Virus record (IMG/VR): IMGVR_UViG_3300020434_000055
Origin: a virus
Lineage: Duplodnaviria > Caudoviricetes
DNA: 64,000 nucleotides
Direction: 5' to 3' (one strand)
Positions 8,953 through 17,730 of the stretch are shown here, one piece after another. Position 1 is the stretch's first letter, and every line of letters begins with the position of its first letter. A program made the position numbers and the translations under genes. Under the pieces are notes generated by a model. That model was not told where the DNA came from and did not search any database. It saw only the letters and a list, made by a program, of their open reading frames with translations.

Positions 8953-9324
8953 ATGGCTATAACAAATAATGAAATTACAGTAGGATCAACAGTAAACGTT
9001 TTACCAAATAATGCGGCAGTGCCGGCAGGTAAAAATTATGCAATTACCGGATTATTGTTAACTAATATTGGAGCAGAAGATCCAACTGGAGCCAACGATT
9101 CAGTATTCACAATCCACGCAATTGCAAGTGGTGGTGTAGGTGATGCTTCCAATTACATAGTTAATACAGCCTTACTTCCAGGTGCCGAAACATTTACATT
9201 AGATACAGAAAAAATAATATTAGGTGCAGGAGATCATATAGATATTAGTGTTGCAGGAACTGGTCAGGCAGGAAATACTGCGCCAAAAAATGTTTCAGCT
9301 GTTCTTAGTTATTTGGAGGTATAA
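8953..9324 (+). CDS. Small virion adaptor-type protein (family with 16921 and 33683)
   Basis: Shared pattern P-x-G...L-x-N...L-x-AG..V...E with the two paralogues. Confidence 0.5.
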   Translation: MAITNNEITVGSTVNVLPNNAAVPAGKNYAITGLLLTNIGAEDPTGANDSVFTIHAIASGGVGDASNYIVNTALLPGAETFTLDTEKIILGAGDHIDISVAGTGQAGNTAPKNVSAVLSYLEV

Positions 9325-10124
9325 TGAGATACCTAAAAAGACACAACACAAATAGAAGATTACTTCGTGGCAAAGGAATAGTATTTGATCAATACGAAAA
9401 TATCGAAGTACAATCCACAGGAACACTTCAAGTCCCAAAAGGAACAACATTAGAAAGACCCCCATTACCAGTTGTAGGTCAACTACGATATAATACAACA
9501 ACTAAAAATTTCGAAGTTTATGAAGACGTAGCGGCTGGTGGAACCATGTGGAAATCATTTAGATTAAGTGAACCATTTGGAATAACTGTTCAAGCATTAG
9601 GAAACGGAAATGACATCGAAATAAATTTTGGTGCATTAGATTCAAATGATGGTGGTATGAAACAAGAACCAACAACTGCTCAAGCAGTATTAGTAATGAT
9701 TGAAAACGTTTTACAAATTCCAACAACAAATTATATGCTTGTTCAAAATCCTTGTTCTTATGCCAGCTCTTATATAAAAGTAGTTCAAAATTATAATGCT
9801 ACAGGTGTTGGAGCATTTCAAAGTAAAGATTTAGGATTTGTTGATTGGGTAGCAGGTGGATATCATATAGGTCAAGATGTTGTAGTAACAGGAGCAGGTG
9901 TACAAAATAACAATGGAACATGGACAGTTACCGCTGTTACTCAAGAATATTTAAGCGTTGATCAATTACTTACTAATGACACTAATATAGGTAATGCTGT
10001 TTATAGTGTTGCAGGACAAAGTACAATAACAAGTTCGGCCTATCCAACAGGATTTTATCTTACATTTGGTACACCAGTTCCTACTGGAAAACCTATCACA
10101 GTTTTACACAACTTTGACAAATAA
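9324..10124 (+). CDS. Tail/baseplate structural protein
   Basis: VPKGTTLERP...GQLRYNTTTKNFEVY fibre-shaft motif; start overlaps previous stop. Confidence 0.55.
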   Translation: MRYLKRHNTNRRLLRGKGIVFDQYENIEVQSTGTLQVPKGTTLERPPLPVVGQLRYNTTTKNFEVYEDVAAGGTMWKSFRLSEPFGITVQALGNGNDIEINFGALDSNDGGMKQEPTTAQAVLVMIENVLQIPTTNYMLVQNPCSYASSYIKVVQNYNATGVGAFQSKDLGFVDWVAGGYHIGQDVVVTGAGVQNNNGTWTVTAVTQEYLSVDQLLTNDTNIGNAVYSVAGQSTITSSAYPTGFYLTFGTPVPTGKPITVLHNFDK

Positions 10125-10164
10125 TTAATCCCACAAATACAATAAATACGTAAAAAGGAGTATT

Positions 10165-13050
10165 ATGCCTTATCCAACACAATACGGTAGAATATCGGGA
10201 CCATTACTTAGAGAGAATCTAACTAGATCTTCTGATCTAGCATTTGAAACAGATTTACTCTTTATAGGGCATACTAATGACAAAATAGGAATTAGAACAG
10301 ATGCTCCTACAAGAGAATTAACTATAGTTGGTACAACTAAAATTCCTCAAGATTTACTTGCAACAAATAGTACTACATTTGGCAATATGTTGTTTGACCA
10401 AGATGGTATTAGAGCTTTAACAGGACCTATTACAATATCAACTGGTGCTGGTGGATCTATAAATTATGATGAATTAAGAACAGAACATATTTCTTTTACA
10501 AATAGCACAATAAAAGCATTTAATACAAATTCAGATATTGAATTTCATCCAGGACCTGGAGGATTATTTAGAATTACAGGTGGACTTAAAACTATTAATG
10601 ATAGTGATATTCATGCTACAGGAGATATTACATTTGATGGTAATGTTTTTATAGGTGGAGATTCAGACGAAGATACTATAAAATTTGAAGGTGATATAAC
10701 TTCAAACTTAAATCCAGATCAATCATTAACATATGATATAGGTGAAAATTCAAAAAGATGGGGATACTTCCACGTAAAAAGTATGCCTAACTTAAACAAT
10801 ATTACTATTGATAACTTTATAAGTTTGAATGGTGTAGCTGTTAACTTAGGTATAACAAACAAATGGTATGTTACTACAGATGGTACTGATTCTTTATCAG
10901 GTACTCACCCTAACTTTGCATTTGGAACTATCAAACACACATTAGATCAACTAGAATCAAGTACAGGTGGCCCACATGAAATTCATGTTTTTCCAGGAAC
11001 ATATGAAGAAAATTTTCCAATGGAAATTCCTGAAAATGTTACTATAAAAGGTGTAGGTCAAGGAACTGTTCTTATAAAATCTCCAGTTATAACTGGTGAT
11101 ACAGCATTTTATTTAAATGATAATACTTCTGTACAAAATGTTACAATTGATGTTACTGGAAGTAACGCCGCTTTTAGATTTGCCACAGGAACCAGTTCTG
11201 TTATAAACACAGGACCTTACATAGCAGACGTTAAAGTAAAAGGTCTTTTAGGTGTTTTGAATGCTGAGCAAACTAATAGTGCTACCTATCCACCAGCACC
11301 AGGTTCTCAACCTAGTATAACATTTAAAAATGTTGATTGTAATTATGGTGGTGGTAGTGGCTCGGCAATTCTAGCATCAAATGGTGTACGAGTAGAAATG
11401 ATAGACTGTACTATTGAAAATGCTAACAGTGTAATTTCTGCATCTCATGGACTTTTTGGTTTTGGAAATTTTGCTTATTCAGGTAACCCTTCTCATGATA
11501 ATTCTGATCACATATATGGTACAGATATAAGAGCAGTAGGATGTATATTTCGAGATATAACAGATGCAGTAATTCAAGCAGGTTATCATGGCCATGTAGG
11601 TGATGATATTCTAATTAATCTTATTGGTTGTACATTTATTAATGTAGAACAAACTACATCAATAACTGAGTGTCTTGATAATAAGAATCCTATAATATAC
11701 ACAAACATATTTGATGATAAAGGTATTTTTAGAATGGGGCAGGAAGAAGTTACTATATCTTCTGGAGATATACCTACTCCATATAATTTAACAATAAGAG
11801 ATGATGAAACTACTTTTAAATCAAGTTCAATGACTTTAGAATATTCTCATATAAATTTTAGAGCTCCTGATAGTACATTCATTGCTAGTGATTGGGTAGA
11901 AGCAGGTGATTTTACTCTTACAGAAAATACAATCCAAAGTAATTTTGGAGATATGAATTTAAAAGCAACATCTGGAACAACTAATATTCAAACAGATACA
12001 AAAATTCATTCAGATCTAGATGTAACAGGAAATACTATAATAGGTGGATCAATGATTACTTTAGGTGATCAGCCAACAGATACTATTGATTTTTCTATGC
12101 AAATGACACAAGATTTAATGCCTACTGGAAGTACTGTACAAAATTTAGGATCAGCAACTAAAAATTGGTTTAAAACTAATTTTTCTACAGTAGATGTTGG
12201 AGACATTACTGCTTACAATAATGTTATGACTACAACTGTATCTAATGCTGATTTAGAAATGAGAGGCAGTGGTACTGGTAATGTTATTGCAGTTGATTTA
12301 ACATTTGGAACAGGAATTGATTCTCCAAATGATATAGTTTTAGATGCAGGATCATCAACAGTTACAATTGATAGTACATCAGCATTGAATCTTCCTACAG
12401 GTACATCTGCACAAAGACAAGCACTAACTAGGGAATTAAGATTTAATACAGACACAAATTTATATGAAACTCATTCAACAGGAGTAGCCCACGTTGGCGG
12501 CGTTAGAGATGCCGATTTAGACACATATATTGATGTATCTAGCAATAATGAAATGACATTTTATGGTGGTGGTAATAACATTGCTACTTTAGATGGAGCA
12601 GGAGTATTAACAGCAACAAAATTTAGTAGTCAAGATGAATTTGCACTTGACGGAAATTCAGTAACTGTTGGAAGTCCAGGAGCTGAAGCAGGATTAGAAG
12701 CAAATGGAAGTGGTAAAGTAATATTAGATACATCTAATTTTACAATGTCAGGAGGTGTACTTCTTAACACAGAAAGTGGTAGTGATACAGTTTTTACAGG
12801 AACAGGATTAAAAATAGATAGATCTATTAAAGTTGACGCTCCAGCAATAAAATTTGGTAGTGGTACATCAGCAGAACAACAACAAAAAGCTGATTTAAGA
12901 CAGGGTGAATTGTTCTGGAATACAGATGTTAGTATTCTTCAAGTTTACACAGGAGTAGATTGGAAGTCTGCAACAGGGCAAGAAGAATCTCAAATAACCA
13001 TCGAAGATTTAGAAGCAATTAACTTAACATATAACTTAATAATTAATTAA
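10165..13050 (+). CDS. Baseplate/tail fibre protein with parallel beta-helix (paralogue of 13206)
   Basis: GRISGPLL..NL...DLAFETDLL N-terminus; WYVTTDGTD..F.TI..(G.Y.E) beta-helix cap; repeated LP.GT.AQR shaft motifs. Confidence 0.65.
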   Translation: MPYPTQYGRISGPLLRENLTRSSDLAFETDLLFIGHTNDKIGIRTDAPTRELTIVGTTKIPQDLLATNSTTFGNMLFDQDGIRALTGPITISTGAGGSINYDELRTEHISFTNSTIKAFNTNSDIEFHPGPGGLFRITGGLKTINDSDIHATGDITFDGNVFIGGDSDEDTIKFEGDITSNLNPDQSLTYDIGENSKRWGYFHVKSMPNLNNITIDNFISLNGVAVNLGITNKWYVTTDGTDSLSGTHPNFAFGTIKHTLDQLESSTGGPHEIHVFPGTYEENFPMEIPENVTIKGVGQGTVLIKSPVITGDTAFYLNDNTSVQNVTIDVTGSNAAFRFATGTSSVINTGPYIADVKVKGLLGVLNAEQTNSATYPPAPGSQPSITFKNVDCNYGGGSGSAILASNGVRVEMIDCTIENANSVISASHGLFGFGNFAYSGNPSHDNSDHIYGTDIRAVGCIFRDITDAVIQAGYHGHVGDDILINLIGCTFINVEQTTSITECLDNKNPIIYTNIFDDKGIFRMGQEEVTISSGDIPTPYNLTIRDDETTFKSSSMTLEYSHINFRAPDSTFIASDWVEAGDFTLTENTIQSNFGDMNLKATSGTTNIQTDTKIHSDLDVTGNTIIGGSMITLGDQPTDTIDFSMQMTQDLMPTGSTVQNLGSATKNWFKTNFSTVDVGDITAYNNVMTTTVSNADLEMRGSGTGNVIAVDLTFGTGIDSPNDIVLDAGSSTVTIDSTSALNLPTGTSAQRQALTRELRFNTDTNLYETHSTGVAHVGGVRDADLDTYIDVSSNNEMTFYGGGNNIATLDGAGVLTATKFSSQDEFALDGNSVTVGSPGAEAGLEANGSGKVILDTSNFTMSGGVLLNTESGSDTVFTGTGLKIDRSIKVDAPAIKFGSGTSAEQQQKADLRQGELFWNTDVSILQVYTGVDWKSATGQEESQITIEDLEAINLTYNLIIN

Positions 13051-13089
13051 GCAATATTCTAGCATACTACTACCTAATATCAAAATCCG

Positions 13090-13097
13090 TATAAATA
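13090..13097 (+). promoter_or_regulatory. T4-like late promoter TATAAATA (representative copy)
   Basis: Full T4 late consensus here. The TAAATA core also lies shortly upstream of genes at 11, 917, 5155, 6682, 6975, 7556, 10143, 20688, 27551, 34032, 36474, 37481, 41989, 42448, 58481, 60277 and 63573. Confidence 0.6.
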
Positions 13098-13205
13098 GTA
13101 TTAATGTTTAAATTAGACCATATTTTAGACAGGACAAACTGTGGTTCAACCCGCAAGGTAATGTGGTTGGTGGGACAAGATCCCCGTGCTATAAGGAGAT
13201 AGAGA

Positions 13206-16200
13206 ATGGCCGTTGGTCGAATTTCGGGACAGCTCTTAAAGTCCAACTTGCTTCGTAATGGAGTAAACCTGGCCTTCGAGACTGATCTTTTATACATTGA
13301 TGTTAATAATTCTCGAATAGGAGTGAAAACTGCTACTCCTCAATATCCATTAGACATAAATGGAACAGCACGTACAACAAATTTAGAAGTCACAAATCAA
13401 GCAGTAATCAACAATATCACAATTGGTGCTAATACAATATCAACTACTGCATCAGTTCTTAATATTACTTCACCAGACAGTATATTATACAATAATAAAC
13501 TAGTAATAGATGACCTTATAATTGAAGGTAACACTATTACAGCCACAGAGTCTAATCAAAATTTTGAAATTATAACAAGTGGTACAGGTATTGTACACGT
13601 AGATGCTGATATGAGAGTGGAAGGTAATATCCACGCTACAGGAGATATCAGAGCAGATGGTGATATTCAAATAGGTGACGCAGATACAGATTCAATTTCT
13701 ATTGCGGCAGATTTTACAAGTAATATTACTCCAGATTTAACTGACACATATAATATGGGTTCCGCAGGAAAAAGGTGGAATGACGTATTTGCAAATAATT
13801 TAATTGTAGATAATCTTACATTGAATGGTAACATTACTGTACAAGGTCTTGACTTAACAGCCAGACCAGGTAAAATTTATTATGTTGCAACTAATGGTGA
13901 TGATGCTAAAACAGGAACTCACCAAAATGATCCTTTTGAAACAGTTAAAAAAGCAACAGAAACAGCAACAAATGGAGATTTAATTTATGTTTATCCGGGA
14001 ACATATGTAGAAATTTTTCCATTAACAATTCCATCTGGAGTATCAATAAGAGGAGATGGAGTTAGAGCAGTTTTAATTACACCACATCCAAGTGTAATAG
14101 ATAAAGATGCATTTCTTCTTAATGGTGAAACTACTATAGAAGATTTAACTGTTACAGGTTTTCGTTATGATAGTGCAGGTAATACAGGACACGCATTTAG
14201 ATTTAACACAGGTGCAGATAGCACTTATTTTGCACTTACTAGTGATATTCCTTTAATTAAAAATGTTTCAGTTATTACAGAAGGATCTGTAACGTCAGAG
14301 TCTGATCCAAGAGGATTTGATCAAGGAGATGCAGGAAAAGCCGCATTACTTGATGGATCAGTTATTTCAGGAGCTGACTTAGAACTTAGAGTTAGATTTC
14401 AAAATTGTACATTTATTACTCCAGGTATGAATGCATTAACAGTAACAAATGGTGTAAGAGTAGATTGGATTAATTCATTTACATATTTTGCAGATGAAGG
14501 AATTAGAATTGAAGATGGTCCTACAGGAATAGCGGCGGCAGGAGAAACAAAAATAAAATATGCACAATTAGTAGGATCTACTCCAACGGCTACTGAAACA
14601 ATTACTTACTATGATACAAATGGATCTACAAAATTAGGAGAAGCAACAATTAATTCAATTGATGGAAATGGAACATTACATATTACTGGAAAATCTACAG
14701 GATTTGCACTAGCATCTACAAGAACAGTTAAAAAAGTTATACCAACAGGAACTACAATAGATTCTTCAACTAAAAAATATGGAAGTGGAAGTTTTAAAAA
14801 TGGTTTTATAAATGCAAATACAGATCATTTAAAAGTTGAAGGACATACAGATTTTGGTTTTGGTACTGGAGATTTTCAAATAGAAGGATGGTTTAATCCA
14901 TCATCAGTACAAAGTAAAACTTTATTTAAAATAGGTAGACTTGAAGTTGATTTAAGTGGTAATGCTCCAAGAGTTAGACTTGATGGAAATGTTGTTGTAA
15001 CTTCTGGAACAGGTCTTAATATTAATTCTTGGACACATTTAGTTGTAATGAGACAAAGTGGTAACTTAAGAATGTTCATTGGTGGTAATAATGAAGTAGA
15101 TCAAAATGGTTGGAGTGCAGATTTAAAAAGTGCAAGTCCAGTTTATATTGGAAATAATGATATTTTTACTTCAGCTTTTTATGGTCATATAGATGATATT
15201 AGAATAATCAACGGTAGTACAACATATACAGCAAATTTCACACCGCCTAGTTCACAATTAGTTAGTACAGATGTTTCGCAAGAAACTGTATTAATGTTAA
15301 ATGGTAATGACTTTTCAGACAATGGAACTAGAGGACAAGACATTAGATTTTCAGGTGGTTCAACTGCTTCAGAAATTACTTTAGCTGATTATTCAGACTT
15401 TGGATCAGATTTTAGAAGTATGTCGAGTACATCTGTTTATGGAAATAAAGGAATTGTTGCACAAGGTCCTGGTGCAAATGTAACTTTAGTTAATCATAAT
15501 TTTGCATATATAGGTAGCGGTAAAAGTTATGAAAATGATGATACAGCGGCTATTCAAGCAAATGAAGTTGTAGCAACAAATAGTGCAAAAGTAAATTACA
15601 ATTCAACTGATCAAAGTGGTGATTTTAGACTTGGTGAATTATTTCATGTTAATCAAAAAACAGGTGTAGTAGAATTTAAAAGTGCTGATATAAGAATAGA
15701 CACTGCAGGTTCTATGACAATTAATAATGGTTCAGACGCAACAGTAATAGATTCAACAAAAATAGAAACAAATAAATTAAGAATGAGTGGACAAACTATT
15801 CAAAGTCTTGCAGGGGATCTTAATCTTAATTCATCTAGTAATTTAATTAATATATTGAATAATGTTAATATTCAAGGTCATTTAGAAGTTGTAGGTAATA
15901 TAACAATAGGTGGTAACATAACAATAGGTGATGAAACTACTGATACTGTTACTATTACAGCAGGAATAGGAAGTGATATGACGCCTGCAATAGATAATAC
16001 ATATAATCTTGGTAGTTCAATTAATAGATGGAATACATTATTTGCAAATCAAATGCAAATAGATAGTATTAATATTACTAATAATGTAATAACAACTACA
16101 GACAGTAATGCTGATTTAGAATTAAGAGCAAATGGAACTGGCGGAATTAGATTAGAATCATTTAGATTTGATCAAAGTACTATTACTAATGATTCAGGAG

Positions 16201-16913
16201 ATATGACACTTACTCCTGCATCTGGAGTAGCAAGAGTTGATGGTACTGGAAGTATAAGAATTTCTTCAGGTACAACTGCACAAAGACCTGGAACTCCTGT
16301 TGCAGGTATGATACGTTATAATACAGATACAAGTTTATTTGAAGGTTATGATGGATCTATTTGGATAGCACTAACAGGTGTATATGACATAGATAGAGAC
16401 ACTTACATAACAGCAGAACTTACACCAGGTGCAGATGATGATACTATTAGATTTTATGCTGGTGGAACTTTAGTTGCAAATGTAAATTCTACAAGATTTG
16501 ATATAACAAAATTAATAGTAGATGACATAGAAATTAGTGGAAATACCTTAAAAACTACTGGGGTAAACCAGGATTTAATATTGAATGCAAACGGAACAGG
16601 TAGTATTAGGATTGAAGACTTTAAATTCGAAGGAAATACGATAACTAATACTATATCGGACCCTATCGTAATAAGAACGAGTGGAAATGGGTATGTAGAC
16701 GTTTCAGATGCTGGAGGATTTGTACTTCCTTCAGGAACTGTAGTAGATAGACCTGCTGTTGCAGAGTTGGGTATGACAAGATACAATACTCAAGATAGCA
16801 GGGTAGAACTTTATGATGGAAATCAATGGGGTTCTATTGCAGGTTCTTCTGGTGCAATTAGTGTATTAGATGCTACTGAAATTTCAATAACATACGCGAT
16901 AGCTTTAGGATAA
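13206..16913 (+). CDS. Baseplate/tail fibre protein with beta-helix and LamG/ConA-like domain
   Basis: Same N-terminus as 10165; YYVATNGDD..PFETV; FGTGDFQIEGW..WTHLVVMRQSG..GHIDDIRI LamG-like stretch (about 14770-15305). Confidence 0.7.
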   Translation: MAVGRISGQLLKSNLLRNGVNLAFETDLLYIDVNNSRIGVKTATPQYPLDINGTARTTNLEVTNQAVINNITIGANTISTTASVLNITSPDSILYNNKLVIDDLIIEGNTITATESNQNFEIITSGTGIVHVDADMRVEGNIHATGDIRADGDIQIGDADTDSISIAADFTSNITPDLTDTYNMGSAGKRWNDVFANNLIVDNLTLNGNITVQGLDLTARPGKIYYVATNGDDAKTGTHQNDPFETVKKATETATNGDLIYVYPGTYVEIFPLTIPSGVSIRGDGVRAVLITPHPSVIDKDAFLLNGETTIEDLTVTGFRYDSAGNTGHAFRFNTGADSTYFALTSDIPLIKNVSVITEGSVTSESDPRGFDQGDAGKAALLDGSVISGADLELRVRFQNCTFITPGMNALTVTNGVRVDWINSFTYFADEGIRIEDGPTGIAAAGETKIKYAQLVGSTPTATETITYYDTNGSTKLGEATINSIDGNGTLHITGKSTGFALASTRTVKKVIPTGTTIDSSTKKYGSGSFKNGFINANTDHLKVEGHTDFGFGTGDFQIEGWFNPSSVQSKTLFKIGRLEVDLSGNAPRVRLDGNVVVTSGTGLNINSWTHLVVMRQSGNLRMFIGGNNEVDQNGWSADLKSASPVYIGNNDIFTSAFYGHIDDIRIINGSTTYTANFTPPSSQLVSTDVSQETVLMLNGNDFSDNGTRGQDIRFSGGSTASEITLADYSDFGSDFRSMSSTSVYGNKGIVAQGPGANVTLVNHNFAYIGSGKSYENDDTAAIQANEVVATNSAKVNYNSTDQSGDFRLGELFHVNQKTGVVEFKSADIRIDTAGSMTINNGSDATVIDSTKIETNKLRMSGQTIQSLAGDLNLNSSSNLINILNNVNIQGHLEVVGNITIGGNITIGDETTDTVTITAGIGSDMTPAIDNTYNLGSSINRWNTLFANQMQIDSINITNNVITTTDSNADLELRANGTGGIRLESFRFDQSTITNDSGDMTLTPASGVARVDGTGSIRISSGTTAQRPGTPVAGMIRYNTDTSLFEGYDGSIWIALTGVYDIDRDTYITAELTPGADDDTIRFYAGGTLVANVNSTRFDITKLIVDDIEISGNTLKTTGVNQDLILNANGTGSIRIEDFKFEGNTITNTISDPIVIRTSGNGYVDVSDAGGFVLPSGTVVDRPAVAELGMTRYNTQDSRVELYDGNQWGSIAGSSGAISVLDATEISITYAIALG

Positions 16914-16920
16914 AATAGAG

Positions 16921-17250
16921 ATGGCAACATATTTTAAAAATGCAATAGTAAAAAACATTGGAACACTACCGGTGACAATTTATACGCCACCTGTAGGAAC
17001 TAATGCAATTGTGTTGGGTCTTAATCTTGCAAATTTAATATCTAGTGTAGTAAAAGTTAGTGTAACATTACAAGACCTTACTAGTGCGTCAGGATTTCTT
17101 ATTAAAGATGTAATGATTGCACCTAATTCGAGTTTAAGAGTTTTAAGTGCTGGAGAAAAATTAATAGTAGCGGCTCAAAGCACGTTATCAGTAAATTCTG
17201 ATATTACTGATTCTGTAGATGTAGTCGCAAGTTATGTGGAGTTAACGTAA
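16921..17250 (+). CDS. Small virion adaptor-type protein
   Basis: TIYTPPVGTNAIVLGLNLAN pattern; paralogue of 8953 and 33683. Confidence 0.5.
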   Translation: MATYFKNAIVKNIGTLPVTIYTPPVGTNAIVLGLNLANLISSVVKVSVTLQDLTSASGFLIKDVMIAPNSSLRVLSAGEKLIVAAQSTLSVNSDITDSVDVVASYVELT

Positions 17251-17251
17251 A

Positions 17252-17710
17252 ATGAGTGCAATAGGACAAGGAGTATCAGCATATTTAAAAGCCGGAGTTA
17301 AAGATAGATATTTTTACGGTTTAAGAAGAACTGATGAAGGTGAACTATATATAGGAAAAGTTGACCAAATGTTAACTGGCGATGGTGTATCAGTTAATGT
17401 TCCTGGAGATCCTGCAAAGAATTTTAGTGAGTTTGACCAAGGACAAGATTTTTATGAAGGCAGAGGACCTAACCATGATAAGGTTTTTGCAAATTTAAAA
17501 TATGAACAATTTAGATGGGATGATGTTAATTTAAATTATTATGTTAATAGTGAAGGAGAACTAGTAGTAAGAATTAATAGCCAACAAACTGATGGAACAG
17601 TGGCATATCCTAATACAGATGAACAAGTTGTATATGATAAAACTATATTTTCTTTTGATAGAGACGTATACTACTTTGATAGTAATGAAGTAACATTTGA
17701 CAAACATTAA
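17252..17710 (+). CDS. Conserved phage protein preceding a fibre gene (paralogue of 20329)
   Basis: RYFYGLRRT.EGEL.I.KVD and YEQ..WD..N..YYVN.EGELV.RIN shared with 20329. Confidence 0.6.
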   Translation: MSAIGQGVSAYLKAGVKDRYFYGLRRTDEGELYIGKVDQMLTGDGVSVNVPGDPAKNFSEFDQGQDFYEGRGPNHDKVFANLKYEQFRWDDVNLNYYVNSEGELVVRINSQQTDGTVAYPNTDEQVVYDKTIFSFDRDVYYFDSNEVTFDKH

Positions 17711-17730
17711 GGAGACATGGGAGCAAACAA

